Origin: Takakia lepidozioides
Taxonomy: Eukaryota > Plantae > Bryophyta
DNA length: 64,000 nt
Direction of reading: 5' to 3'
NCBI GenBank assembly: GCA_030704615.1
Contig: CM060732.1
Location: forward strand, 24,056,001-24,120,000
Part shown: piece after piece, positions 21,370 to 35,198 of the stretch
Layout of the letters: each line of letters begins with the position of its first letter
Numbering within the stretch: the stretch's first letter is position 1
The notes under the pieces: model-generated
What the model saw: the letters and a program-made list of their open reading frames with translations, nothing else
What the model was told of the DNA's origin: nothing
The model's database searches: none
Program-made: the position numbers and the translations under genes

Positions 21370-24300
21370 CGCCTTGGCCCGCAAGCGGGCCATCATGGCA
21401 TTCTCTCAAGAGACTATCTCTGATCCCTCTCATTGGCACATAGAGACGTTTTTGCTTATACCGGAGCAGTCCATTTTGCAAGTGGAACTGCAATTTAACC
21501 CCCATCTTCAAGTCCCTCGTCATGGACTTCGCCATCTCATCCTTTCGGTAAGCCTTCCGAAACTTCCTTTGGAGCGCCGTCTCGCCCCTGTACACCATCA
21601 TGAGCTGCTGCTTTCTACTTAAAGCATCGGCCACCACATTGTCCCGTCCCGGTTTGTACTGGATATCCACGTCGAACAGTGCCAAAGTGTCTTGCCACCT
21701 AATTTGTTTTGGGGACAACTTAGGCTGCGTGACAAAATACTTCACCGTGACATTGTCCGTGAACACCTTCACCGGGTTGGAGCCAATATAGTGGCGCCAA
21801 AGCTCAAGGCAATGCACCACCGCCTTCATTTCTTTATCTTGCGTTGGCCACCGCCGCTCCACTTCATTTAGTTTCTTACTTTCGTAAGCCACTGGACGTC
21901 CCTCCTGCATGAGTACACCTCCAATCGTAAAGTCCGATGCATCCGTATGAATCTCAAATGGGCGGTCGAACTCAGGGATTTTCAGGGCTGGAGCTTCCGC
22001 CATCCGCTGCTTCAACTCGGCAAAAGCTTGGCCACAAAAGGTGTTCCATACCCAGACTTTGGATTTACACAGAAGGTCTGACAGCGGCCCCGCGATCTTG
22101 GCGAAATTTCTCACATACTTTCGGTAATAGGAGGCGAGTCCTAAGAAGGATCGCACTCCTGGGATCGAAGTCGGAGGCTCCCAATCCAAGATTGCTCTCA
22201 CCTTTCTGTCATCCATTTTGATCCCATCTTGTGTAATCACATGCCCCAAGAACTCCACTTTTGTGATCCCGAATTCGCACTTTGAAGCTTTGGCATACAG
22301 CTTCCCTTCCCATAATTTCTGGAACACCCTTTTGAGGTGCTCCAGGTGCTCTTCCTTTGTTTTCGAGTACACCAAGATGTCGTCGATGTACATGATCACA
22401 AAGTCGTCCAACCACTTCTGGAAAAGGCTGTTCATTAGCGTGCTAAAGGTTGCGGGTGCGTTGGTGAGCCCAAAGGGCATCACCAAGAACTCATAGGAAC
22501 CATACCTTGTCCTGCACGCGGTCTTTTCCTCATCTCCTTCCGCCACTCGAATTTGATGATATCCGGAGCGCAAATTGATCCGGCTGAAATACTTCGCTCC
22601 TGCCAACCGATCGAAGAGGTCATTGATATTTGGCAAAGGGTATCGGTTTTTTATAGTCACCTTATTCAGAGCCCTGTAATCGACACACATCCGCAGCGTC
22701 CCATCCTTCTTGTCTGCGAATAGATTCGGGGCTCCGTAAGGTGACTTACTCGGCTGGATGTACCCCTTTGACATTAGATCCTTGAGCTGAGTCTTCAGCT
22801 CGACCAACTCTATGTGGCTCAACCGGTAGGGTGCCTTGGCAGGCGGCTCCGATCCCGGTATCACCTCAATTTTGTGGTCAACTCCTCTTCGCGGTGGCAA
22901 GCCGCTTGGTAAATCCTCCGGCATCACATCCTGATATTTCTCCAAAATCCCCTTGATCCAATCTGGGCTCGGCTCCCCATCGCCTTTTTCCTTCACTTGT
23001 CTTACTTAAAGCAAAAACTGGGGCTCGTGTGGCTCCTCCACGGCCCACTCCCTTGCTGACAGAAGGTTTATTCGCCCTCCCACGGGGTTGGGCGTTTCCA
23101 ACACTCGTAAAACTTCGCCACCATTCCCACACGGTAGCGTGACTACTCTTTTGCGGCCATCTATGACCGCTCCGGATCTCCACAAAAAGGTCATCCCCAA
23201 AATGAGATCCACTCCATCAATCTCGCAAAATGGTGAAGTTCTCGCGTCCCTCCCAACTCCCGAACTGAAGAGGAACATCGAACGCCAACCTCGTCGCCAA
23301 TTGTGGTTCTCCTTTAGCAGAACGCACCTCAATCGAGGCCCCCACACCACTTGTCGGGAGTCCCAGCTTCCGTGCCGTTGCCGGTGTCATGAAGGAGTGC
23401 GACGCTCCTGTGTCCACCAACAACGATACGTTAGTTCCGGAGATTATCCCACTCACAAACATTAACTGACTCCCTTTACGCAAGGCGCCAGTTTTCTGAT
23501 ACAACTCACAAGAGTAGTTGCCTACCTTGCAAGTCTTGGCGACCACTGCCTCCACCAAGCGGCTGATGGAGGCTTCGGATAACTCCGTGGTTGCCCGAGT
23601 CATGTTCAATTGTCGGGGATTCGTACACTTCTTGGCCATGTGCCCGGGCTCCCCGTAATTAAAGCACACTCCATCGAAGGTCGCCTTCTGTCCGCCATAA
23701 GCCGCCGCACCTGGTTTTCCTTTCGGGGCACCGGGTGTCGTCTTGACGTGTGAGGGCCCTCCCTTCGATTTCCATGTGCTATTGTCGCCGCGTGGCCTAT
23801 CCCACTTCTTTTCCGGTTGGAAGGAGTCACCTTCCCGCCGGACCTTCTTGTGGTTCAGCTCCGTACGGCCTTGTCTTTCGTCCCTAGGGACATCCGAGAA
23901 ACATTCAGCCCTTTCAATTGCCTCATTCAAAGTCTTAGGTGGCTTCTCCTCCAACTTCCGTTTGGCCCATGGGGCCAGTCCCGCCACAAAGTTGAAGACC
24001 ATTTCTGGTTTTGCCATGTCCGCGACTTCAAGTAACAGCACATTGAAAGCCTGAACATATCCCCGAATGTCATCCGTTTGCTTCAAATTCCTCATTTTGT
24101 CCCAGGCGAGCCAGGACGCGTTGAGGGGCACAAACTGTCTCTTAATGAGTTCCTTGAACCCACTCCAGTTCAAGGTCTCCGGGTTTGGACCTCGGTCGTG
24201 AAGGCGTTTCTGCCACCATTGTTGAGCATAGCCCCTCAAATAGGTGGGAGCCACTTCCACCCGATCCTCGTCATCCAACTTGGCCGCCCGGAAGTACTGC

Positions 24301-24686
24301 TCTAGCTCCAAGAGCCAGGTGTTGAGTGCCTTCCGATTTCGGACGCCCTCGAAGGTGCCGGGTTCTTTAGGCTTTACCTTAACCTTTGCCTTAGTGGAAG
24401 TGGCATTAGTCGCCTTCAACACGTCTTTCAACGTCCCACCAAACTGCGCCAACAACCCTTCCCAAAAGGCTGCTGGCATGGGAGGCATCTGTTGGTCTAT
24501 CGGAGCTCTCAGGGATTCCTCGGGCTCCGACTCCTCAGATTCCTCCCGTCCTTGAGCGGCCTCGCTTCCAAAGGCATGCATCGCTTCCTCAAGTGGCCGC
24601 TTCGGTGACACGTCGCCCCCATCGGGCTCACTAGGATCATCATCTTTCGGGCCGTTCCGGTTTCGCTTTGGCTTGCCCGACCCCAT
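21370..24686 (-). pseudogene. gag-pol: Element A gag-pol, 5' part (gag, degenerate zinc knuckle, protease, RT, RNase H, start of integrase)
   Basis: [10 protein letters not shown] gag; LLVDTGASHSF protease; MCVDYRALN and YIDD RT; HTDASD RNase H. Frameshift near 23225 and a stop near 23006. Confidence 0.92.
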
Positions 24687-24726
24687 GATGAGGCCGATCC
24701 CAAGGACGATCGCGTACTGAACTCTA

Positions 24727-24739
24727 GGCTCTGATACCA
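24727..24739 (-). promoter_or_regulatory. Primer-binding site (tRNA-iMet) of element A
   Basis: TGGTATCAGAGCC next to the 5' LTR. Confidence 0.9.
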
Positions 24740-24741
24740 AG

Positions 24742-25418
24742 TGTCGCGCACCTCACTTCGGTAAGCTCCCCTTCAAGTCATAGTTACTCGCTTGATGCGC
24801 ACGCCTAACTCCCAAACTGGCCGCCGGGCCAACTCGGAGCTTCAGTTGCTCACCGGGGCATAACGGTCCCCCTTTACTCCTCCACTAGACCCTCTCCCAG
24901 TTTGGGCCTAGTGGAAATTCCCTTTGGTCGATGGCAGTCTGGAATAGCTCCCCACACCTTGGTCGCTTTCCGGCTCGCACGCTTACTCACTAGTTTTTGG
25001 ACACCAACGGGCTTGCACTGTTCTCGGGGTTACTACTCCCTATATATACTTCTGTGACTGTCCGCGGGGGTTTCACAAACAACACCACCATTTTATGGCG
25101 ATCCACCACGAAAACCCTCGATTCCCGATGAGTCGCGGTGAGTCTTGGCCCACCCACCACGGTCCCCTTGGACCGTGATGAGTCCCAAGACTCCCCACGA
25201 CTCCCACCACAAGGTCTCCGCCCCCATGGTGAGTCCTATGCCACCCCCACCGCAACCCAGTGTGCAGGGCTCCACCTACTGAGTGCCTCCGCCTCCTCGA
25301 GTGCCTTGGGCACTCGAGGTTGCTTCAGCCCCCCATACCTATTGCTGCCACCGCCCCCACCACAAGGGCAGCCCCTCTGCGACCCGACCCCCTGCCCTCA
25401 AGGCAAAGGGCCGCGACA
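24742..25418 (-). repeat. 5' LTR of element A
   Basis: Direct repeat of 392-1094, followed on the minus strand by the PBS. Confidence 0.95.
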
Positions 25419-25820
25419 ATCTGACTGACCCACAGGGTGACCAACAAAATCCGCACAGTGTAAGTACTTCCCTTGTGTAATTTTTTTTCCTTGTCTGATG
25501 TTGGATCAATACACCCCCTATGTATCGCCACATAGCTGTAGGCCCAGCAACCTACAAACGTAGTTTTGTGACATCGTCCTATCGCATCCATGCTGACCAT
25601 GCATAACCTGCTATCAACTAGGTATGGCACCGTTGCAACATTTGATCATGTCAGCTTAGAGTATAGAGACAAGCAAATGCAATTCAGAATTGGAAGTACT
25701 GCAATAGGTAGGGTTGGGGTGTTTGCTGGAAGAACTTCAATGCCATTTTGCAGGAGTGCCAAGCTGTCAGTCTCTGTTCTCCAGGGTTCGATTGATATGG
25801 GAATCTAGTTTTTGTTGCAG

Positions 25821-26072
25821 TTTCAGATCGGCGACAAAGTGTTATTGTTTGATCCTTGTGCACCAAAAAGAAGGGCAGGTGTGGGATATATTGCTGGCTT
25901 TCCGAAAGCAAATGTGTCGGACAATTATTACTGTATCCATGTGAAATTGGTCATGATTTCAGAGGTTGTGTTGCCGTACCCGGACTACTCTGTCACCCCT
26001 AATCATACCACATTGGGTGACACGCAGGGAAGTTCTACCTTATGGTTTGAAAAGTTTCTTAAATACGCGTGA
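25821..26072 (+). pseudogene. Terminal exon of a CACTA TnpA/Tnp1-like (Transposase_23-type) gene; an upstream exon is split by element A
   Basis: ...CIHVKLVMISEVVLPYPD...TLGDTQGSSTLW resembles the V..V....LP.P...TLGDA.G..IAW C-terminal motif of En/Spm TnpA. It follows a ttgcag acceptor. The frame TTVDL|TDPQ continues across the 392/25418 insertion. Confidence 0.5.
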
Positions 26073-26493
26073 TATTGAAGGTGCTACAAGTTTAGTTTAG
26101 TTTTCTTTATGGATTGAGGGTTGCTGAGACAAATGAACAAAACAGCTCTTCTCATGTGAACCGTATTTTTTTGAATTGATGCTCTTACTATTCTCATGTA
26201 TGATCACAAGATCCCCTTGTTCAAGGGCAAGTTCATTTTCCCACATCAAGCCAAATTTTCCTTGTGATAGACATGAATGTGGTATTTTGCTGGTTGTTTG
26301 CTATATTTAATATTAATAACATTACTACTGGTCAATGTGGTTAATAATACAAATATTATCCCATGTTTTAGATAACCTTTTGTTTAAATGAAACAAAACA
26401 AATAAAAATTATAAAATAAATTATATATTAAATATTAAATCAAGCAACCAATGGCTTTTGGGGTGCTATCCCATTTATTATAAGAATATCTAT

Positions 26494-26527
<34 letters not shown>
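26494..26527 (+). repeat. (CAA)n microsatellite
   Basis: About 11 CAA units. Confidence 0.9.
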
Positions 26528-26528
<1 letters not shown>

Positions 26529-27094
26529 AATATGACTATTTATTTTAGCATTTGTCAATAAATAATAATTGTTTACTTTTCGTCCAATAGGAACAGAACA
26601 GTGGATGTAACAGTATTCACACTAGTGTCATTGCGTTCACACCACGATTTGAACCTGGTGTTAAATCTGTGTGAGAGAAGCCATAAGAAGAGCCCTTAAT
26701 ATCATTATTTATTTAATAATTCTGATGGACTCTATTATGTGGCATTCCCTTTTACATACATGTGGCAGACATGGTGGCAACGAGGTGTAATAAGTACCGT
26801 AGAAAGACCATTAAGATTACTTATTCAAAATATTAGTTGAACTGACCAGTCAAAATGGCCGTCAAAATATCCGTCAAAAGAGCCACCTAAACCTACTGCC
26901 ACATCAGGTGCGAGTTTGGTGTGAGATGGTTTTTTTCACAGGACCAAGAAAGTTCACATGTGGTGCAAAGGACTGGGTTAACCTAACATAGGGGGGGGGG
27001 GGGTGTGAACTCGGGCTCTTTTCACACCAAAATGTGTGAGAAGAGCCGTTAAAAAAACCAGTTTCTCTAGTAGTGATTAGAAAGAGGAGACTAC

Positions 27095-27718
27095 CAGTGT
27101 TGGACTGGTATACCGATAGGAAATTGGTATCAATATTGGTATGTATACTGGTATGAAGTACTACACTAGTCTGGTATCGCCTCATGCCACTACCTAGCAT
27201 ATACCCGTATTGGCCTGGTATGTACTTCCTAATATTGTGGACGATACCCTACCAGTCTGGTAGGTGGTTGAAAATCTGGTACTTGATACCAGTACCACGT
27301 CCATTTTTGTCAAGAAAACCTAGGTATCAATATTGACGGCGTAGTATGCACTATTCACGATATGGATGCAGCTTTCAATAAGCAAAATAAAAATCAGGCC
27401 GGAAGATGAAATATGTAAAGCTGGATATTTCGAGGAATAATATCAATGAGAAGCATGCTTGTACACATTTATTTGAGAAGTGGGAGTTTTTTTTATACCA
27501 CACCAGTATTGATATTACCCTGGTATCGATTTCTAAAAACTCTTGCTATTGATACCCGTAAAACACCACACTAATCATGTATTATTGATACCACCATGCT
27601 ATCAAAATCTTAGATTTTTGCCAATACCAGTACCTCCCTGGTATCACAATTGGCCGGAGGCCTATATACCAGTACCACCAGTCTGGTGTGTTCAAAATAT
27701 GATACCAGTCCAACACTG
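27095..27718. mobile_element. hAT-superfamily MITE
   Basis: 17-bp TIR CAGTGTTGGACTGGTAT, 8-bp TSD GAGACTAC (27087-27094, 27719-27726), internal ATACCAG/TGGTAT repeats. Confidence 0.9.
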
Positions 27719-30647
27719 GAGACTACGCATGACTGTCAAAAATCGCTAAGCCCCAGGTGTCACCTCCTCTCCTTTGTTGAAAACTACTTCATGAAGTGCC
27801 TCTAGTTAACATCTCTCTCAATTATAAATGGATGATTTTATAAGTTTATTATGGATGAAAGTAGATTTTGCTATTCACAAAAAAGAGCCATACGCGACTA
27901 CCCGCAAGTTGTTTCGATTACTCAAGAATTATGTTTCAAAATTTAATTATCTATTTTACAAGGTAAGTAAAATTCATCTAAAAATATCATAGATAGCTAC
28001 ATTCATCCAGCAGTGGAACCACAGGGAACCTGTGCCCAGTTGGACCACCCAAGATATGAGGTCTTAAAGTCATTCCATGCAACCCAACCTAAAGTATATA
28101 TGGACTAGGTAGCAGGCCGGACATAGTTGTCAAGGAAGGGCCGCAAGTTGGCCGCGAGCCGTGGATTCTTGAAAAGTCAATCTTGACCAGCCTACTATGC
28201 ATTAGGAACTCTCTCATTATACTACCTGACATATTGATTGTTGGATGGTCAAGCGTCAAACTTTATTAATAAAGTATAGAAAGTTTGAAATGTGGGTAAG
28301 TTTGAAATGAGAACCCACAGTCAACCTACTGCAGGTTGTTATACAAGAAGCCACTAGTCACTAAAATGCATGGTGAGTGTCACTAAATCTGTGAACAAGT
28401 GGAATAAAGGGGACCGATAGTAACACTTGCCGAGTCTATGAATTTCTCTGCACCCTCCGCCGCCTTGTCTTTCCCTCTTGCAGCCACTTTGATCCTACCT
28501 GCCATACCTAGCCTGACCCCCAACATAGCAAACAACTACTCACGCTAAAATAAAATAAAATAAATTGTATTGTCATTCCAAAATCCATTTACCCAACATA
28601 CATGAAATATTTACATTTCATGTTTTGTCTCACTAGCCATGACCCATAGCTTTGCATCAGCCTTGTCATGAATCCCAAATGCTAATTACTGACCATCGGG
28701 TTAAATAGTTCATAATTAAGGAAGGGGATACATGTTTGAAACTCACATAGGCCTTCCTACATGAGGGAGTCACATTGGGGTCACTCAAACCCTTGAGCAT
28801 TGCCTATAGAGGCCACTAGGGTTATTCAATTTTGTGTTTTGTTCATTTGTTCTCATGCTTAAGGGCATGATCAATAGTGGCTCACTAAACTGCCACTCTA
28901 TCATTTTAGTGATGCATATAGTGAGGCACGCAAGGTAGATAGTACATGGGCTGGCATGAGCCCCAGCAGTAACCCACCGTATCCGTAGTAGAGTAATGGG
29001 GCGAGGCTGAGATGCAGATCGGTGACCATGGCCCCGCCACCCATCCGTACATGTGAGGCTAATCTTGTGGTAGTGCGGGACAATGATGCACTCCAAGAGC
29101 GATGTAGATAGTGTGGGAGCGGGACGAAATTTGGTGGTGGGCACTATTTTGAAGTGCAAATGTGTTGCTAGGACGCGCAACCTCTTCCGAAATTTGCGGC
29201 CACGCTATATTGAAGATAGAGTGCCAAAAAACCCTACTACTGGTCACGCTCTAACATGTTATTGTTATGCGGTATCTAACATGTCCATGCACATTGCCCA
29301 TTGGAGAAACATCATTTTTTGGTATTTAAAAAAATAAATTGAGTGATGGGATCAACTTGGATTGAGGCGAGATTAATAAGGCTTCATCCTTTTGGGATCC
29401 CTCATCCAACAAGCAAAAAATAATCCAATTTGGCCAACAGATATAGTAGTGCTGCCACTTGGTAAAACCCCCAACAATAACCCCCTCACACACGTGTGAA
29501 GAAATCTTAGCATGAAAAAGAGTCATCAAAACTTTGCTTTAACTCAAAATTAGGACAATCAATTGCCCTGTGCAAGGAGTGCACAAGGGCTATTGTATGG
29601 TTCTAATTTCATAAAAATTGAAGCAGATCTGAAAAAGCAATTTACATTTATATAGGCCATGAAGCCTGTTTTGAAAGCCCCTTTTTGGGCTGGTGGGCAT
29701 TTAAGGGTTACCGAAGACACATTGGGAGTGAGCCTTGGCGACAAGTCGAAATTACGAAGTAAGAGAAGCGGACCACGTCCTTAAACGTTGAGTTTCTAGC
29801 TCCCATACATGCCAACATGGTGCTCTTGGGCGACATCCAAGGGCTGGGTGGGCCCACTGGCTACAATCTTTGATCACATTAGGGTTTTAGGATGTCCATG
29901 ACAGCCCACTAGATCTTGTGGATGGGATCTGGCTAAAAACTCACTTTATCATCCTATTTTTCCCATAGACTTTTTCGCCACCAAAATTGGGTGGTGCAAT
30001 CTGGCGAATTTTCACCAAATATGGAAGTGACTGCATGTTTGCCTGTCTCGACTACTGCAACATTCCATAGAGCTTTTCAAGAGAGAGAAGACTCTGGTTA
30101 GAGTAACTAAGAGCCACAAGAGCTTTTCAAATGACTATTGGTCCTATCAATGATATAGAAGCTAAAATCCGAACTGCTCATAACAACACATGAGAACTCC
30201 TTCGATTTCATATCATCAACTACAGCACCTCAAGCAGATTTGGTTGACTCAAAACATGTAAGTTTGTGGACATTGCATGATGTGACCATTACAAACCAAC
30301 ATTGTTTCCAACTGTGATAGCTTTACATTTGTTAAACAGAAGCACATAGCTTCATCACTGGAATAGTATGCATCTCATGTACACAGATGACAAATGGTCC
30401 CCCTTCCTCCCAACCAAGCTGGAAGCTACATTTCCTCTATATTCCACTAAAACCCATATCTTTTTTTCACAATACCTCGGACTGTGATTCACAAGCTTGT
30501 CTTCTTCCCTGCAACTGTCAAAACTTGTTCTCCAGCTATTTGATCTATAATAAGGGTGTAAATTTTCCCAAACTCTGAATGTGAGCGCAATACCATTCCA
30601 GTGCCCCATTTGCCATTGGTGAGCCACAGCTCTCTTCATTGCCATCA

Positions 30648-31091
<444 letters not shown>

Positions 31092-32233
31092 CTACATTCA
31101 TCCATACACATACAAAGAACCGTGCCCAGCTGGGAGCCACTCAAGTTTTGACGTCCAATGTGCAACCGAATCCACAGCAATTAAACTCGTACATATCTCC
31201 ATCGACGGAACACATAAGTAAAGGAACTTGTGCCCTGCTGGGACCCGCTCAAGATAAGGGCCCTGCCCAACAAGCTTTAGCTTTAACTTCTCTGATTATG
31301 AATGTCTACTTTAGCGAGCTTCAAGCACCTACTTAAACTCCACAAGTGGGTCCCCTAGAGCAAGCAAGCCATTTGGAGTGGGAGAGGAGCCTACATTTCA
31401 GTACCACATTGATTCATTGCCTTTGTAGTTCCTCTGGTCCCAACGGCTCCTTGTTGGAGTCGATCTACCTACCCACTTGGAAGCTTCCCCCAGTGCACAA
31501 CCTAATTGGAGCACAGCTCCGAAGATAAAGTGTGTTTAAAGTGGGAAAGAGGGAAAACAAAAACAGCGCAAATCATTCGCATTACGGCGTGTGCATTTAC
31601 AACGCATTTACAACCTCCACTACTTCCAACTTGCTGATCGCATCTCTTGTACTGAAACGACAGAATTACACCAACCGAGGGCAATATTCACGCTTCCATA
31701 ACATATCGGTGGGAGCAGAGATAGAGCAAGTTGTCCTTGTGAAGTACAGTACCGTCGGACCCTCTTCTGAGCGCAGATTGAGCTTCTAATTTGGTTACAC
31801 TGATCTTCTCTCAATCCTTTCATTGCTCCCAAAGCAAATGGAAGAGAGCAGCAACACTGACTTGACGAAAGAACAAGTTATGTGCACAGTGTACAGCAAA
31901 TTGTGTGCGCGAAACCCAAGGGAGCCTTCATTGCTCACAGACATGCGTGTTCCGTTTGGACTGTGAGCGTGCATGCTCACCCACTTTCATAGATAAGATT
32001 CCATGGAATGAAGCATGGCCCTTGTGATGTGTGGGGCACAAGGGGTAATTCAGTCTAGTAATTCTGAGGTGAGTCATGGATATATAACTGAGGATATAAC
32101 ACAAAACAAAAAAACAAAAAAAAAACAAACACAACACATCCTTTGAATTTCAGCCAAAATGGAAATCCCATCATATGAAATGAAGCCTTTTTTTTTTTTC
32201 GCTTTTTTTCTTTTGGTGGGGTTTGTTTCTAGT

Positions 32234-32457
32234 GTAGAGTTTGCACATCGGCTGGTAGCTCAGCTGGTAAGTGCACGGTGTGTCGCCCTGGTGGTTCGGG
32301 GTTCAAACCCGCTTCCCTGCCCCGTGTGGGATTGTTCGTGACGGTATGTCTGGGCGTTGATCGTCCTGTAGGCCTCATGGCCCATAAATGAAAGGGGGTT
32401 ATTTTTCCCCCTCCTCAAGGGCCTGCTGTCGCTCCCAGGTTTCCCTTAAAAAAAAAC
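32234..32457 (+). mobile_element. tRNA-derived SINE
   Basis: A box TAGCTCAGCTGG, B box GGTTCAAACCC, non-tRNA body, A9 tail, candidate TSD TTTCTAGT (32226-32233, 32458-32465). Confidence 0.7.
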
Positions 32458-33644
32458 TTTCTAGTTTCTACCTGCCATTCTTACTTTTAGACAAAGAAAA
32501 GCTGCTAAGAAATATGGTCACAATTGTCAGACAATGATTTATTTCCCCAAAATAAGTCTCTGACATTCCTGACTAGTCTCAAGACTTCTAATTTGGCCGG
32601 CTAACGAGCTGACAGTTATCGGACTTCATTTAACTGTTATGTACCGTTGCAACATGAACTTACTTAATGTACCCCCAGACTCGGCTCCAAATCAAACCAT
32701 CAGCAAATCCAACCCCATTCTCTACCGCTGGATGTCCTCACCGATCCCCGCTCCACTTCCGTCGATATCCTAAAATCTAGCGGTAAAATTGAAGCGATAG
32801 AGGCTGCGACGCGGGCTCGAACCGCGCTGTCGTTGAATAATTGCAAGAGACGAGCGGCAGCGAGTGACGACAGAAAGAAGCGTGGCCGCACGCGACCAAC
32901 ATTCTATTGGGCTATTTTTGGGGACTTTATTGCCCGTTGTGGGGTCCCGTCTCCTCAAATCACGAGGCCATGAATGAATGCATCCAACGAGTAGTCGTTA
33001 AATGAATGAATGTATCTTCCATTTTCCCGAACATATTTTTCATAAATAGTTAGATATAGTGTGTGGTTGTAGGAGTGAGTTAGTTAGGCGGTGATTAGTT
33101 AGTGAGTCGTGTTAAGTGAGGATTAGTGAGCGAGGGAGGCAGACGAGCAGGCGGGCCTCGTGGGGAGCTTCCATGGCTGCAGCGTCCACTCACCCTTCTG
33201 CGAGTTCTGCGAGAGAGTGTCGGTCGCAGGGATTGTTGTGAGGGTGCGGGAGGAATGCACGTCGTTCTCGAATTGGGGATTTTGTGTTTCCCTCGTGTAC
33301 AATTCGCTTCATCGTCGACCGGAGCCCTTTCCTCTTCCCATTGGGTATCTGCGGATCTTTCTTCTTCCTGTTGCTCGTCGGATGTTTTCCTTCTTTCTTT
33401 CTTTCGGTAGAGTAGGCATTGGCTGTGATGGAATAGGGCGGGCGGTGGAGCAGCGTTTCCCCGGAGGGTAAGTTGGATTGGAGGTTCGCTCATGCAGCAG
33501 TTAGGGTGCAAAGAAACATATGCGAGGTCAGAATTGTGGCTGAGCTGCAGACGCGAAGAAGAATTTCGAATTTTTGTTGCTGTAAGGGATAGACGGCCGG
33601 AAACGTCAAAAGGGTGATCTTTGATGGAGCACTAGTGTCCAGCA

Positions 33645-35198
33645 ATGGCAGAGTGCCAGTGGCACCCAAATAGGCGCGCGGTAGGTGTGTGCGCGCTGTG
33701 CTTAAGGGAGTCTCTACAAAGACTGGCAGCATTCCAGGCAGAAGAGAAAAGCTCGCCCGATCGGTATGGAGACTACTCTGCTTCCTGGAAAGATTCCAAA
33801 GTTCCAGGCGCTGGGAAAAGTACTCGCACCATACTTATGGAGCGCCGAGGTGTGGGCAAGCACGAGGCTGTTGCATGTCAACGGAATGATGCGCTGCCTT
33901 TGGATAGGGAGCCATCATTCTTCTCTCTGGACGGGATAGAATTGATGCAGGGCTCGGAGGAAACAGTGGACAGACAAGAAGAGGCAAGCACGTCCGGTGG
34001 GAGTGGTGAAGCGCAGAATTGTGATGGTGAGACGCGGACTGGGCTCGCTAAGCCCTCCCATGTTGATTCTGAACATAGAAATGAAGTTCGTTCCTCTAGT
34101 TCATCCGGTAGCAAGCGAAGCACTTGGAGCGTAGGAATGTTTCGGATGGGGAGTTTGCGGAGCACATGGGGTATGCTGTGGAAGTCAGGGAAGAGGGCGG
34201 ATGAAACAGCTGCTTCCCAGCTGAAACCGATTGAACGTGGAAATGAGAGTAATGGAAATCCTGCAGCCTCCGAAGCTGAACAACAGCCCACCCCCGGCCG
34301 ACATTCCATGGCTTCTTTGATGGATATGGAATCCAGGGATTCGAAGCGATATTCCACTAGCAGCAGGGGAAGCCCTTGGAGCGGGACATCCTTTTCTTTC
34401 TCAAATGCTAACAACAAGTCAATCAATGAGGACGATTTTAGCTCCAACTGGCGGTCAAGCAGAAGCATTTGGGAGGCTAAAGTAAGCGCGAATGCACCAA
34501 GAAAGGGCGGCTTGGAAGGAGCTGCACATCCTCCAGAGAATGGAGGAACTCCACATTTCCCCTTTCACCTGGATAGTGCGGCGGTTCCAAATGTAGACAA
34601 TGCAAATCATAATTGTTGCTATGAGGATCAACAGAATGCTCGCGGTCTGCAGACTCTTTCAGCTCTCATGGCCCAGGAGCTGAAAGAGGTTAGGCAGGTG
34701 TCCAAGTCTAGCAGCAAGGGGAAGCTTCGGAGGCTTTTTTCTCTCTCTAGCACCACAAGGAAAATTCCTCGCAAGGAGGTGAGAAGCGAGGCGCCAAGCA
34801 AGCCTGACAAGGGTACGTGTGTTTCTGGAGGTCATGTAGTAGAGGACCCTTTGAAGCCTTTTCAGACAGGACAGTCAATGTCGGCTCTTCCTCGTACAAA
34901 CTCAAAAAAATCAAAGGAACGACCCTCTCGCAGTAATAGCATGAGAAGTCCGTGGTCTGGGACATTTTCTCGTTCCAGGACCAAGCCAAGCCCTGTGACC
35001 TTCTCCCTGAAGGCAGAGAACAGAGAGGAGATTGTTATGTCTGGAGATGCGGGCTTTCCAGATGATAACCTTCCCCGGCTATCAACGTCCAGCCCGTTCG
35101 TGGGATACTTCGTGGATTCTAGGCATCTCTCTCGCTCCAGCAGCAATGACAGCTCCTGCTTCGCCACTCCGCACTGGACTTACAGGCAGAGGCCATAG
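33645..35198 (+). CDS. DUF740 (OCTOPUS-like) family protein, intronless
   Basis: N-terminal CQWHP....GVCALCLRESLQRL motif followed by a long Ser-rich disordered region; 517-aa ORF. Confidence 0.8.
   Translation: MAECQWHPNRRAVGVCALCLRESLQRLAAFQAEEKSSPDRYGDYSASWKDSKVPGAGKSTRTILMERRGVGKHEAVACQRNDALPLDREPSFFSLDGIELMQGSEETVDRQEEASTSGGSGEAQNCDGETRTGLAKPSHVDSEHRNEVRSSSSSGSKRSTWSVGMFRMGSLRSTWGMLWKSGKRADETAASQLKPIERGNESNGNPAASEAEQQPTPGRHSMASLMDMESRDSKRYSTSSRGSPWSGTSFSFSNANNKSINEDDFSSNWRSSRSIWEAKVSANAPRKGGLEGAAHPPENGGTPHFPFHLDSAAVPNVDNANHNCCYEDQQNARGLQTLSALMAQELKEVRQVSKSSSKGKLRRLFSLSSTTRKIPRKEVRSEAPSKPDKGTCVSGGHVVEDPLKPFQTGQSMSALPRTNSKKSKERPSRSNSMRSPWSGTFSRSRTKPSPVTFSLKAENREEIVMSGDAGFPDDNLPRLSTSSPFVGYFVDSRHLSRSSSNDSSCFATPHWTYRQRP

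Larger units (their letters stand above)
392..25418 (-). mobile_element. Ty3/Gypsy chromovirus LTR retrotransposon A (outer element)
   Basis: TGTCGCG...CGCGACA termini, 5-bp TSD ATCTG (387-391 and 25419-25423), two LTRs, iMet PBS, gag-PR-RT-RH-INT-chromodomain. Confidence 0.95.
1..27075 (+). mobile_element. Right-hand part of a CACTA (En/Spm) DNA transposon hosting the LTR nest
   Basis: Ends in ...TTTCTCTAGTAGTG at 27075 (reverse complement CACTACTAGAGAAA, a CACTA-type TIR). Subterminal TTCACACCA/TGTGAGA repeats at 26630-27050. TnpA-like exon at 25821-26072. The left end is outside the window. Confidence 0.6.

Noticed and set aside
32250-32325. Functional tRNA gene
   Set aside because: A and B boxes are present, but there is no convincing acceptor or anticodon stem, and it continues into a body and A tail.
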